DNA of 64,000 nucleotides. Origin: Candidatus Bathyarchaeia archaeon. Lineage in GTDB: Bacteria; Patescibacteriota; Microgenomatia; PFEM01; JAFGMK01. This document shows positions 1-9,410 of this stretch, in pieces. The stretch's first letter is position 1. Each line of letters begins with the position of its first letter. Location of the stretch: assembly GCA_035529595.1 (NCBI GenBank), contig DATKWK010000017.1, positions 29,384 to 93,383 of the forward strand, in the 5' to 3' direction. Made by a program: the position numbers and the translations under genes. The notes below the pieces were generated by a model. The model had not been told where the DNA came from. It saw only the letters and a list, made by a program, of their open reading frames with translations, and ran no database searches.

Positions 1-112
1 TGAACTGTTCCCATAAAGGTCTATCACGTAAATAAGACACTTCCTTTATTGTGGGAGCTTGAGATAAATATCCCTGTAATTCTTCATAAATCGGCCTGAC
101 ATTTTCTTTCAT
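1..112 (-). CDS. Hypothetical protein, N-terminal part only (MKENVRPIYEELQGYLSQAPTIKEVSYLRDRPLWEQF...)
   Basis: ATG overlaps the upstream TGA (ATGA at 112-109); frame stays open to the window edge. Confidence 0.7.
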   Translation of the reverse strand, partial: MKENVRPIYEELQGYLSQAPTIKEVSYLRDRPLWEQF

Positions 113-2505
113 CTACCCGCCCTTTCTTGAATAATTTTTTCGAGTGTCTTAAAGTCTCCTTCATTAACAAGGTGAAATCTCACTTTTCCATCATAAGCTC
201 TTTCTAAAATTGAATCCTCCTTCGTTAAGCCCTGCTTTAATGCCTTTTTCTCTTTTGGTGTTACTTCTTTAAGCTCTGCAAAGACCCAATTTTGGGCAAA
301 ATAGTACCAAACGGCTGTTTTACCGTTAACCTTAATATAGTGGTCTGAGCCAGCTCCCCCTTTGACTACTGCTACTCTGCCATCAACAAAGGTCTCTTTA
401 GTCCAATTAGGTATGCCTCTAACCATCTTTTTTACGAAAGGACTCTTAACCCTCTCGATTATTTCTTTATCCGTTTCAGCGGTACTCTTTTTGACTCCTG
501 TTGCACTAATCATTTTTAGAATAGCTGCTAACCATTCTAAAGCTGCCTCACCTTCTTTTTTAATAAAGGGTGCAATCTCACCTCTACCATGCTTGACGGC
601 ATTGCGGTACTCTTTTAGACTCAGAAATCTTTTTTCCACTTCATATTTTGACCTGAAGATTGATTGAAAAGTGTCCCAGTTCAAAAGAATAATCTTGGAA
701 TAATCCATAATGTCGCAGAAATCTAGCCAATCACGGGGAGAAAGGTCAGTTATTACTTTGGGGGGGTTCTTTTTAAGGTGTTCGCCAACTCTATTTCTAA
801 CAACGCCAACAATATCGCTAGGGATTAATGTTTTCCAATAATTTACATCTTTAGCTATCAGCTTCACGCCAATCAAATCTCTTAGCTGGTTCTCGGTCTT
901 ATCAATTGCCCTGTTAACATCATCGACCACCACCTGACCAATTTTTGACCCTGTAGCAACCGTTATTTCCTCAAGCATTAAAGCGGCCCTGGAAGCCAAA
1001 AAAGAGGTGAAATCACCTTTTTTAATGGAATCGTCATAGCGAATCAAGTGAGTTTTAAGCGTGTCTTCAAAGTCTGGGTTTTCAGAAGCGTAGTCCTCGA
1101 AATATTTACTTGGCTTCTTGTTAGAAATTTCCTTGTTTAATTCGGCTGGTAAGAAGCAAAAATTAGGAAGTGAATGGACCATTACCATCGGGTAATGATT
1201 CTGAATAATGGATTTAGGAAAGATATGGTGTTTCTCTGAGCTGTTGAAATCGGAAAAATAGGCATCACGCAAGGGTAAAAGGGAGTTATTCTTGAAATGT
1301 CTGGGGTTCTTTTTGACAAGCAAACACAAAACACCATTCTTGACGGCTGATTTGCGAGTCATCCTAATTTTCATCAGGGATTCAATGTCTGGATTAAGAG
1401 GATATTTAATAGCTACCTCTTTTCTGTCAGCAATTTTATCCATCAATTTTCTATCCTCGGTCATTAAGGTTAAGGTTGAAGCGGCGTATCTTTCTGAAAA
1501 AGTGGTTTGCCAGAACCATTGTGACAGAAGCTCCACTTGTTTCTGGTCTAGGCTTCTTGCCTTGTTCTTATAAAACAAATAGGCAATCACAGCGATTAAA
1601 CTTCGGTAAGGAAGAAGAAGGGAGTTAACAACGCCAAAATTGCTACAAGCGTAATCTATTGCCAAGCCAAGCGACTCCAGGCAAGTTTTCCAGTAATTTT
1701 TAACATCTTCTACCCGAAGCTGAAGCTGAACAACCCGAGTACAAGAACCCTTAGCAATCAAGGAAAGAGCTTGGATATAAACTTCATTGTGGATTTCGCC
1801 AAACTCTTTGGTTTTGAGTTTCTCGTTTTCTTTTTTAACTGCGACTCTTAAATCAAACTCAGGTGTCCAAGTACTTGCTGAGATTAAATCAAAAAGGTTT
1901 AATTTCTGCCCACCTTGATTGATTCGTTCAAAAATATCACAAACTTCATCCAATTCTTTATCATGAACATCAATGGCAGAAAATGGATAGTTGTTAAATC
2001 GCTGGTAGCATTCATTGAACGCCTTCTTCCGCTCAACGGTTAACCCTTCGTAAACGTCAAACCTGTCATTAGAGAGCAAATCAGAAATAGAAACATATCT
2101 TTGATTATCAGGATTTCGGTCAACAAACACCTTTTCATCCAAATCAAAGCAAATCTTTTTATAATTCCGATTGTAAAGGGTCAATCCCTTGACAGTTACA
2201 TATAGAGAAGTGAGCCTCTGCTGTCCGTCTAAAATAAAAGTTATTTTTTCGTACTTATCAGGCTTGGGAAGATTAAGTTCGGCAATATCTCTGTAGAAGT
2301 CATAATATTTGCGAGGAGCGTCCCAAAAAAAGAAAGAGCCAATCGGATACTCAAGATAAATGCTTTCTAAAAGTTTCATCACTCTAGGCTTGTCCCAAAC
2401 GAACTCTCTTTGAAACTGGGGAATGCGAAGAACACCTTTTTCAATCTCACGAATAATATCCGCCAACTTATAATCACTTTTTATTTTTATCTTTTGTATT
2501 TCCAT
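109..2505 (-). CDS. GmrSD-like (DUF262 + HNH/DUF1524-like) protein with Swt1-like HEPN domain and extra C-terminal domain
   Basis: IPQFQREFVW and ILDGQQRLT (DUF262); EKHHIFPKS...NFCFL...LNKEISNK (HNH-like); YRNAVKH (HEPN RxxxxH). Confidence 0.8.
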   Translation of the reverse strand: MEIQKIKIKSDYKLADIIREIEKGVLRIPQFQREFVWDKPRVMKLLESIYLEYPIGSFFFWDAPRKYYDFYRDIAELNLPKPDKYEKITFILDGQQRLTSLYVTVKGLTLYNRNYKKICFDLDEKVFVDRNPDNQRYVSISDLLSNDRFDVYEGLTVERKKAFNECYQRFNNYPFSAIDVHDKELDEVCDIFERINQGGQKLNLFDLISASTWTPEFDLRVAVKKENEKLKTKEFGEIHNEVYIQALSLIAKGSCTRVVQLQLRVEDVKNYWKTCLESLGLAIDYACSNFGVVNSLLLPYRSLIAVIAYLFYKNKARSLDQKQVELLSQWFWQTTFSERYAASTLTLMTEDRKLMDKIADRKEVAIKYPLNPDIESLMKIRMTRKSAVKNGVLCLLVKKNPRHFKNNSLLPLRDAYFSDFNSSEKHHIFPKSIIQNHYPMVMVHSLPNFCFLPAELNKEISNKKPSKYFEDYASENPDFEDTLKTHLIRYDDSIKKGDFTSFLASRAALMLEEITVATGSKIGQVVVDDVNRAIDKTENQLRDLIGVKLIAKDVNYWKTLIPSDIVGVVRNRVGEHLKKNPPKVITDLSPRDWLDFCDIMDYSKIILLNWDTFQSIFRSKYEVEKRFLSLKEYRNAVKHGRGEIAPFIKKEGEAALEWLAAILKMISATGVKKSTAETDKEIIERVKSPFVKKMVRGIPNWTKETFVDGRVAVVKGGAGSDHYIKVNGKTAVWYYFAQNWVFAELKEVTPKEKKALKQGLTKEDSILERAYDGKVRFHLVNEGDFKTLEKIIQERAGR

Positions 2506-2570
2506 TTTTATTCTCCAATCATAAACTTCTCGGGTACTCCAAATAAAGACCGATGGTTGATGGTGAAAGT

Positions 2571-5321
2571 TTAATCATTATCACTATTTCTCAATAAATA
2601 TCTTCTTTCTCTTTTAAGAAATGCTTCTTTTCCGCCCTCGAGGACATCACAAATGTGTTCTTTAATACCTTCTTCCTCAATCGCCCCACAGATGATGTTC
2701 TCAGTAACATCATCTTTATCATCATCTTTCAGAACAATCACCAATTCGGCATCGGCAAGAACTACAAGGTTTGGGTCACGAGTACAAATAATCATTTGTC
2801 TTGATTCTTTTTTATCCTTTATAGTAGGAATCAAGCGTTCAATTAAAAATTTCGTATCTATGTGGTCCTCTGGCTGGTCAATAATGAGAGGGCCTCTGCC
2901 TGAACTTAGGATTAACTCTAAAACTGTTCCGCACCTTTCACCAAAAGATAAAGACTCAAGGGGTTTATTTTTGTACTTAATTCTGTTAAGACCTTCAACA
3001 CAAAACTCTTGAAGTCTTAATGACATTTCATCCCTAAGACTGGCTGTTTCTTTTCTACAAAATATCCCATTAAAAAATTTCGACTGCTCGCCCTTGGGTA
3101 ATTTTTCATTCTTTAAACAATCCTTTAATGCCTTAAACAGTTTGTCTCGTGAAGAATACTTGGCAACCAATTGATTCTTAAAGTACTCCACTTGGAATTT
3201 CTCTAATCCTACAATTCTAACTTCTATCTGTTCCTTCCATGCATAATAAGCCTTCGAAAACTGCTCTATTACCCAATTAATCACTTTTTCCATGTCAATC
3301 TCGTAACTAGCACGAATTTCAGAAGAAGAAAACTTTTGATTAAAGGCGTCAACATTCTGCTGGTTAGATTTCTCCCATTTTTGAAAAAGTCTGTTCAACT
3401 TTTTACAACTTTCTTTGTGTTCACCCCTATTTCTTTTACATTGGGTAATTTGTCCCCCCACTTTTTGAAGACTAGAAATAAGTTTTGTCCGCCTTTTTTC
3501 TATCGACTTAACTTCAGCCTCTGAAATATCAATTCCTTGAGAAGCACAATATTGCCTGTAATTCTTTCCAGCTTTAACTAGGTCCTTAGACAATTTCTTG
3601 CACTCTTTAGAGTTAGTAATCTTTTTAAGAACCTGTATTATTTCTTCATCAGTCTTATCAAATCTATCAACTAAATCGGATAATAAATTTAACTTGCCTT
3701 TAAGGCTAGGAATTAATTCGGCAATGTCTTTAGTATCAACAACAAAATATTCTTTTAACTCACTCTTATAGACAGTTAACTTTCCAGACAACCAAGATAG
3801 GCTTTCTTTGAACGAATCAATTTTTTGCTTATTTTGCGAGAGTTCTCGAAAATTATTAAATAGTTTTATAAACTCTTTGGAGTTAAATTTTTTCAGTAAT
3901 AAATCAATCTCTTCTGCCTCCTTTTGAATATCATCTTTCTGTCTTGATAATTGGTAAATTCTCAGATAGTCCTGCCTTTTGTTCTTAATTTCTTTCCTTG
4001 TCTTTTCAATTTCCTCCCATAATTCTTTTAAATTAGCATCTTCAAATTTCTGATAAACTAATGATGAGACTTCATTTTTGTCTCTAGCAATTTTTTCTAC
4101 TTTCCCTTGCGACCAATAGTCAACAGAAATTGCCGTGGCCTTATTATTGGCTTCCTCAATGCCATCTACTTCCTCTTGCAAAGACTTTTTAATCTCATAA
4201 ACATCCTCTCCTGTCTTGACGCTCAATACCACGTTAATACCAGGACACTCTTGCTGAAGCGACTCAATAATCGAAGGCTCTTTGCCTCCAATAACCGTAG
4301 TGGTGTGTTTTCCGTAGACAAAAGAAATAAGTTCAACTAGGGTACTTTTTCCAACACCCCTGGGGCCAATGACTGCAGTTAAGTTAGGGTTAAAAGGAAC
4401 ATGCTCACTTAATTGGCTAAAACAGTATTTATTTTCGGCTTCACTATCCTGTTCGCTCAAAGAAAATTTTGAAATCCGAAAATGAACGTATTGAGGGCAA
4501 TTTTTTCCATACCAAACCCGTTTCTCTGGTTCATAAATAATCTGTTTTAAACCGCTAAAAGTAGGCCTCGCCTTAATCCAACAATATTTTCTTCCAATTT
4601 CGTCAAGAGAATGAGCGTCAGAAGTAACAACGCCCGCCTTTTGCCCGCCCGTTAGCCTTAATACGTCTTCGTGTTTTAAAGACTTTTCTTTTGTCTCAGC
4701 ACTGCTAATTTCGAAGAAATCAACTTCTTTATGAACATTGACCTTTAACTGAGAACCTTTGACTGAGTTTAATGAATCCAGTCCTTTGTGTTTATCATAA
4801 TGTAAATAAATTAAGCCCCCATTATTTTTAATAATTTTATACGCCTCTCGTAAATCAACATACGCATGTTCTAGCCCCTCTTTGAAATACTCGCCATCGG
4901 TCTTTCCTTCCTTTAGCCTCGACTTCCCAAGTTTTATTAGAGCACTTCTACTTATTCCTTCGCCTTTTTTCTCACAAAGAGGAAGTTGGTTTAAAACATT
5001 TTCCTTGATTTCACTGATGTCTATGTCTTCTGGAAACAAAGCCACTGCATGAATCGGAGAATCACCCTTATCTATTCGAAATTCAAATCCAGGCAATATA
5101 GTAATTTCCTCATCGACTGCAAGAATCCTAATTGCATCAACAAGCTCAACCGACCAATGGTCCGTAATAGCAGCTAATTGTATTTTTTCTTGTTTTATTT
5201 TCTCTACTATCTGCCTTGGGGTTATTGCTTTATTTTTATAGTCATAAGAGGCAGGAGTATGAATCTGTAAATCGCACTTTGTCCAAGTGGAACCAATCGT
5301 TCCAGGCTGAGAATCACTCAT
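2571..5321 (-). CDS. PHP-domain + ABC/SMC-type ATPase (TrlF/Ppl-like defence protein)
   Basis: PHP motifs DLQIHTP, AITDH, SDAH; Walker A GPRGVGKST; long coiled coil; signature LSFGER; Walker B/D-loop IIDQPED. Confidence 0.85.
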   Translation of the reverse strand: MSDSQPGTIGSTWTKCDLQIHTPASYDYKNKAITPRQIVEKIKQEKIQLAAITDHWSVELVDAIRILAVDEEITILPGFEFRIDKGDSPIHAVALFPEDIDISEIKENVLNQLPLCEKKGEGISRSALIKLGKSRLKEGKTDGEYFKEGLEHAYVDLREAYKIIKNNGGLIYLHYDKHKGLDSLNSVKGSQLKVNVHKEVDFFEISSAETKEKSLKHEDVLRLTGGQKAGVVTSDAHSLDEIGRKYCWIKARPTFSGLKQIIYEPEKRVWYGKNCPQYVHFRISKFSLSEQDSEAENKYCFSQLSEHVPFNPNLTAVIGPRGVGKSTLVELISFVYGKHTTTVIGGKEPSIIESLQQECPGINVVLSVKTGEDVYEIKKSLQEEVDGIEEANNKATAISVDYWSQGKVEKIARDKNEVSSLVYQKFEDANLKELWEEIEKTRKEIKNKRQDYLRIYQLSRQKDDIQKEAEEIDLLLKKFNSKEFIKLFNNFRELSQNKQKIDSFKESLSWLSGKLTVYKSELKEYFVVDTKDIAELIPSLKGKLNLLSDLVDRFDKTDEEIIQVLKKITNSKECKKLSKDLVKAGKNYRQYCASQGIDISEAEVKSIEKRRTKLISSLQKVGGQITQCKRNRGEHKESCKKLNRLFQKWEKSNQQNVDAFNQKFSSSEIRASYEIDMEKVINWVIEQFSKAYYAWKEQIEVRIVGLEKFQVEYFKNQLVAKYSSRDKLFKALKDCLKNEKLPKGEQSKFFNGIFCRKETASLRDEMSLRLQEFCVEGLNRIKYKNKPLESLSFGERCGTVLELILSSGRGPLIIDQPEDHIDTKFLIERLIPTIKDKKESRQMIICTRDPNLVVLADAELVIVLKDDDKDDVTENIICGAIEEEGIKEHICDVLEGGKEAFLKRERRYLLRNSDND

Positions 5322-6475
5322 GAAACTAATTCTCCTTTCATTGCCTTATTAAGCGTGCTTTCAAAAAGTTCATTTAGTAAAGTCTCTTTCATAAAAAGAC
5401 TACTAATGTAATCTAAAAGTTGTTCTGCTTTCACTATTATTTTTTTCTGTTTATCTAACAAAGGTAAGGTTATTTCAATCTCCTTTATCCTATTAGCGTT
5501 GAACTGGGGCTGCCCCGAACCAGTTACCAACTTCCTAGCCTGTTTCCAGTATTTTTCAGTTCTGGTAAACAACCAAATAAACAAGGGTATTGCTAAATCA
5601 GGATTAAATTTAACTCTTATCAGGAATGAAGCAAACACTGATGGTTTATCATAGTCGAATAATAAAAATTTTCCATAAGTTGCACCCGTACGAGCCACAA
5701 GCAAATCGTCATTGCTAAGAACATAGGATTTAGCTGTTCTCTCATTGACTTGCACAAATCTTTTATCATGGTTTCTTAGTTTCCCCGACTCATTAATATC
5801 GGTGATTCTTATTAATCTATAGTTACCTTTGTTCTTGCCTTCAGCTGTTAATCCATACTGAAATTCTGCAATATCACCAAACTTACTAAATTTTGCACTA
5901 TTATTTTGGACGAGCTGGCCAGTTATGAAAGAATCAAATAATTCTTCTGCCTTCTCAATTTCTTGCTGGTTTAGTTCTTGGAGTTTTCGAATCGCATCCA
6001 GTCGCTCAACAATTTTGTGTTGAATCTCGAGAGAAGGAAAAGAAATTTTAATCTTTTTTAGGGCCGTAGTGCTTAATTCTTTAAAAGTGGTTCCATAAGA
6101 TACCCTTTCTAGTCTTCTTTTATTCGCCAACAGCCAATAGGCAAGAAACCATGAGCCTAACTCCTTTTTGGGTGTAATTCCTTTTATGCCTTGGTTGTAG
6201 CCCGAAGCTGTTGAAGTAATCGCTACATTTCCAATTGTTGCTCTAGTCGATAAAAGAATACAATTCTTGTCGACTATTTTGGTATATTTTTTAGCTTCCT
6301 CGCTAATTTGTCTTTCACTGTCTTCTAAAACAGAAACTGTTCCTGAAGTTATTTCGGAAGGAGTAAACCATGGGACGTCGCCATTGAAATATTGAGGCTG
6401 ACTAGTTGGTGGAGTACCTCCGCCGTTGACCTCAACTAAATTGTCCAATTTTTTTGTTTGCCAATTATTTTTCAT
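5318..6475 (-). CDS. hsdS: Type I RM specificity subunit
   Basis: Two TRDs with conserved spacers (GGTP, STRATIG, PSLEIQHKIV, PLLDKQKKI); C-terminal LNKAMKGEL. Confidence 0.93.
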   Translation of the reverse strand: MKNNWQTKKLDNLVEVNGGGTPPTSQPQYFNGDVPWFTPSEITSGTVSVLEDSERQISEEAKKYTKIVDKNCILLSTRATIGNVAITSTASGYNQGIKGITPKKELGSWFLAYWLLANKRRLERVSYGTTFKELSTTALKKIKISFPSLEIQHKIVERLDAIRKLQELNQQEIEKAEELFDSFITGQLVQNNSAKFSKFGDIAEFQYGLTAEGKNKGNYRLIRITDINESGKLRNHDKRFVQVNERTAKSYVLSNDDLLVARTGATYGKFLLFDYDKPSVFASFLIRVKFNPDLAIPLFIWLFTRTEKYWKQARKLVTGSGQPQFNANRIKEIEITLPLLDKQKKIIVKAEQLLDYISSLFMKETLLNELFESTLNKAMKGELVS

Positions 6476-7176
6476 TTCAGTAATCTATATACCTCCGCTA
6501 ATAAAACATCTAAATCATTAGAGAAATCTATTTGGCTATGGCCTGGAAGTACCTCTTTTTTTCTTACTTGTGTATGCAAGAAACTGTCAGCAATCTTTCT
6601 AGAGGAATTTTCCAGGTGCTTCATTTGTTCCCTAAAGCTCTTTGTCCCTCGATAATTATTAGCAATTTCAGAAAAAGACCTAGTATTAAAGATTGGAGGA
6701 ATGTGGTCAAGAATAGACCGCACTACCATGGCCACAGAGTAATAACAATTATTCTCGTAGGCTGTATTCAGCTCCTCACAAAGTCTAATAAGCCTAATTA
6801 AGTCGAAAACATCACTTTTAACACTCTTTAACTCTTTTATCCTAGACTCACTCACATAGGATACGGTTCGTGTTTTGAGAACTTTTTTAGGTAGAACTAA
6901 AAAAGAGTGTAATTTCTTCTTTAAATCTCTCTTAACCGCTAAGGCATCAATTGACCGTCGAATAATATCAATTTTTTCTTCTTCGTTAAGCTCAGAATCT
7001 GCAACTGTCATCACCCAACTATAAGTCAATGCCGACCTTGCAGATGTTATTGCTTCGTTTGGATAATCTTTACACTTTAAATCAGTCAAAGAGTAAAAAA
7101 TACGATTTATCTCATTAATTGTGCTATCGTACTTTATGCCTTCACCAAATTGCGTAGCAAGAAATTTGTAATTCAT
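6472..7176 (-). CDS. Hypothetical protein with HEPN-like helical C-terminal domain, inserted in the hsd operon
   Basis: EELNTAYENNCYYSVAMVVRSILD helix pattern and RKIADSFLH resemble HEPN/DUF4145-like folds; overlaps the hsdS start (ATGA). Family call is tentative. Confidence 0.6.
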   Translation of the reverse strand: MNYKFLATQFGEGIKYDSTINEINRIFYSLTDLKCKDYPNEAITSARSALTYSWVMTVADSELNEEEKIDIIRRSIDALAVKRDLKKKLHSFLVLPKKVLKTRTVSYVSESRIKELKSVKSDVFDLIRLIRLCEELNTAYENNCYYSVAMVVRSILDHIPPIFNTRSFSEIANNYRGTKSFREQMKHLENSSRKIADSFLHTQVRKKEVLPGHSQIDFSNDLDVLLAEVYRLLK

Positions 7177-7185
7177 ATTAAGGCC

Positions 7186-7896
7186 TTATCTATCCTTTTT
7201 AATAAATTCAAGAAATTTTTCCCCAAATTCAGTCAAAGGTCCGAAAAATGTTCCACCATATCTACCATTTTTGACGGAAATTAAACCATAATTCCCCAGT
7301 CTTGCTAATTTGTCTTCTAAATCAATTTCATCTTCTCTTTTTTGGAGATAACCTGCCTCTTTAACATCTCTAATACTAATGCCCCTGCTTCCATCGACAT
7401 TAATCTTAGCTTCAGGATTCTCTTTTTTTTGTCTCTTAAGGGTGGCCCGAAGAATTCCGTCATATTTTTCATTAAGCCAAGCTAACCTATGTAGCTCATC
7501 AAAAGTAATCGAATTAATCGTCAGAATAATCTTGGAGTGATAATCAAAGGAGGGATAAATATCTTTATGAAGTTGGGAAATATAATTATAGTAGAGTCGT
7601 CTTTTTCTTCTGGATTCTTCCTGCAAAACATTCAGCAAAATTTTATGGAGAATGTCTTTAGCTTTATCGTCTCTTTGGATTAGCTCTAATAACTTTTTGG
7701 CTCCAACTTCATTTTTAACTTCCTTAATCCTGTCACCTCTCCATTTATCAACTAGAGACCAAATCCCTGATGCTGCTGCCGTACCAATGCCAACAAAGGG
7801 AGAAAATACAGAAATTACCGCCCCTGCAACAGGAAGACCTAATTCCTTAACAACATCCTTGGCTTTATCTTTTTTATTCTTGTTATTCTTGCTCAT
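7186..7896 (-). CDS. DUF4393/Abi-alpha-like protein inserted in the hsd operon
   Basis: N-terminal Gly/Ala helix (PFVGIGTAAASGIW), INSITFDELHRL, C-terminal winged-helix LARLGNYGLI...LTEFGEKFLEFI; ATGA overlap with hsdM. Confidence 0.55.
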   Translation of the reverse strand: MSKNNKNKKDKAKDVVKELGLPVAGAVISVFSPFVGIGTAAASGIWSLVDKWRGDRIKEVKNEVGAKKLLELIQRDDKAKDILHKILLNVLQEESRRKRRLYYNYISQLHKDIYPSFDYHSKIILTINSITFDELHRLAWLNEKYDGILRATLKRQKKENPEAKINVDGSRGISIRDVKEAGYLQKREDEIDLEDKLARLGNYGLISVKNGRYGGTFFGPLTEFGEKFLEFIKKDR

Positions 7897-9410
7897 CTGA
7901 TAAATCCCTTAACTTTCTTTAATTGTTGCTGAACCTTTTTATTAATTTCCTCAACCTCTTTGAATATCTCTTTTGGTTCTCGATATTCAGTCTCATCATC
8001 TTCAATGGGTTTGTAAGCTGAAGCTGAAAGAATGTAGTCATTTTCATCAATCTGTTTTCTGGTAGCGTACCAACTCCTGTCTGATTCGGGTTTGTCTTTC
8101 CATTTTTCAATTAAATCAGGCAAATCATTTTTATCTGGAGTTGGCCTCCTTTGAGTAGATAGTTGGAAACCGTCAAAACGCACTTCATAAAACCAAACTT
8201 TTTCCGTTTTCTTGCCGTCGTTATTGAAAAAAAGAACACTTGTTTTAACGCCTGAATAAGGCTGGAAAACACCGCCTGGCAAAGAAACTACAGCTACAAG
8301 GTTTCTTTTGTCCATTAGGTAACGCCTAATTTCTTTTGAAGCCCTATTTCTATTAAAAAGAATACCTTCGTTAACAATCACCCCAGCCCTACCACTTTTT
8401 CTTAAAGCATCAATCATTAAGCCTAAAAAGAGAGTGGTTGTATCGTTGGCCTGAACTGGGAGATATTTTCTGATTCTTTCTTTATTTACACTGCCTGCAA
8501 AAGGAGGATTAGTAACGACAACGTCAAATTCTCTGTCTTCCCATTCATCAGGACTGCCAGCAATAGAATCCCTTCTTAACACTTGCGATTTCTCAAGACC
8601 ATGCAAGATAAGATTCATAGTGGCGATTCTGACCATGGCCGCATCAACATCGAAACCATAAAAAGTACCAGTTTGTAAAAATTGCCATTGAGAAGGTGTT
8701 AACTTATCACCTGGTCCTTTTTTGACTTTTTGTCCACTGCCATTTCCTAGTTCTTCAATATTCTTCTTGTCAGAATTGTTTAGTTTTATCCATTCATAGA
8801 CTCCTAAAAGGAAGCCTGCAGTGCCACAGGCAGGGTCTAGCAATGTTTCACCAATCTGGGGGTTAACCAGCTGAACAACGGTTCTGATAATATGCCTTGG
8901 TGTTCTGAATTGGCCTGCTTTGCCTGAAGTAGCTATTTGGTTTAAAAGGTATTCATAAAGGTCACCCTTAACATCAGCATCTAGTTCAATAAAAGAAATC
9001 TCACGCAGCTTGTCAATCACATCTCTTAAAACAACTCCGTCTGGAATCTGAAATCGGGCTCCTGAAAAGAAACTTCTAACCGTTTCATCAGTGCCAGGCA
9101 AATTGGCCATAAAGGGGAAAACTTCATCTCGGACAAATTTATACATTTCGGTATTATCAGGAATATGAGTCCATTGGCTCCAACGGTACTTTTCATTCTC
9201 TTTATCAAAGATTGATTTATAGCCATTCTTACTGCCCATCAGCTTTGTTTCTTTCACTTTTTCGTTGTCCCATTCCTCAAGCATTTTTAGGAAAAAGAGA
9301 TACGATATTTGTTCAATGTAAGTAATGGGGTTTGTTAACCCTGCGGCCCAAAGTTTATTGCAAATTTGGTCGATGACAGATTTAAGTTCCTGTTTAGTTG
9401 TTCTACTCAT
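7893..9410 (-). CDS. hsdM: Type I RM N6-adenine methyltransferase subunit
   Basis: GQFRTPRHI, DPACGTAGF (motif I), NPPF (motif IV). Confidence 0.95.
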   Translation of the reverse strand: MSRTTKQELKSVIDQICNKLWAAGLTNPITYIEQISYLFFLKMLEEWDNEKVKETKLMGSKNGYKSIFDKENEKYRWSQWTHIPDNTEMYKFVRDEVFPFMANLPGTDETVRSFFSGARFQIPDGVVLRDVIDKLREISFIELDADVKGDLYEYLLNQIATSGKAGQFRTPRHIIRTVVQLVNPQIGETLLDPACGTAGFLLGVYEWIKLNNSDKKNIEELGNGSGQKVKKGPGDKLTPSQWQFLQTGTFYGFDVDAAMVRIATMNLILHGLEKSQVLRRDSIAGSPDEWEDREFDVVVTNPPFAGSVNKERIRKYLPVQANDTTTLFLGLMIDALRKSGRAGVIVNEGILFNRNRASKEIRRYLMDKRNLVAVVSLPGGVFQPYSGVKTSVLFFNNDGKKTEKVWFYEVRFDGFQLSTQRRPTPDKNDLPDLIEKWKDKPESDRSWYATRKQIDENDYILSASAYKPIEDDETEYREPKEIFKEVEEINKKVQQQLKKVKGFIR

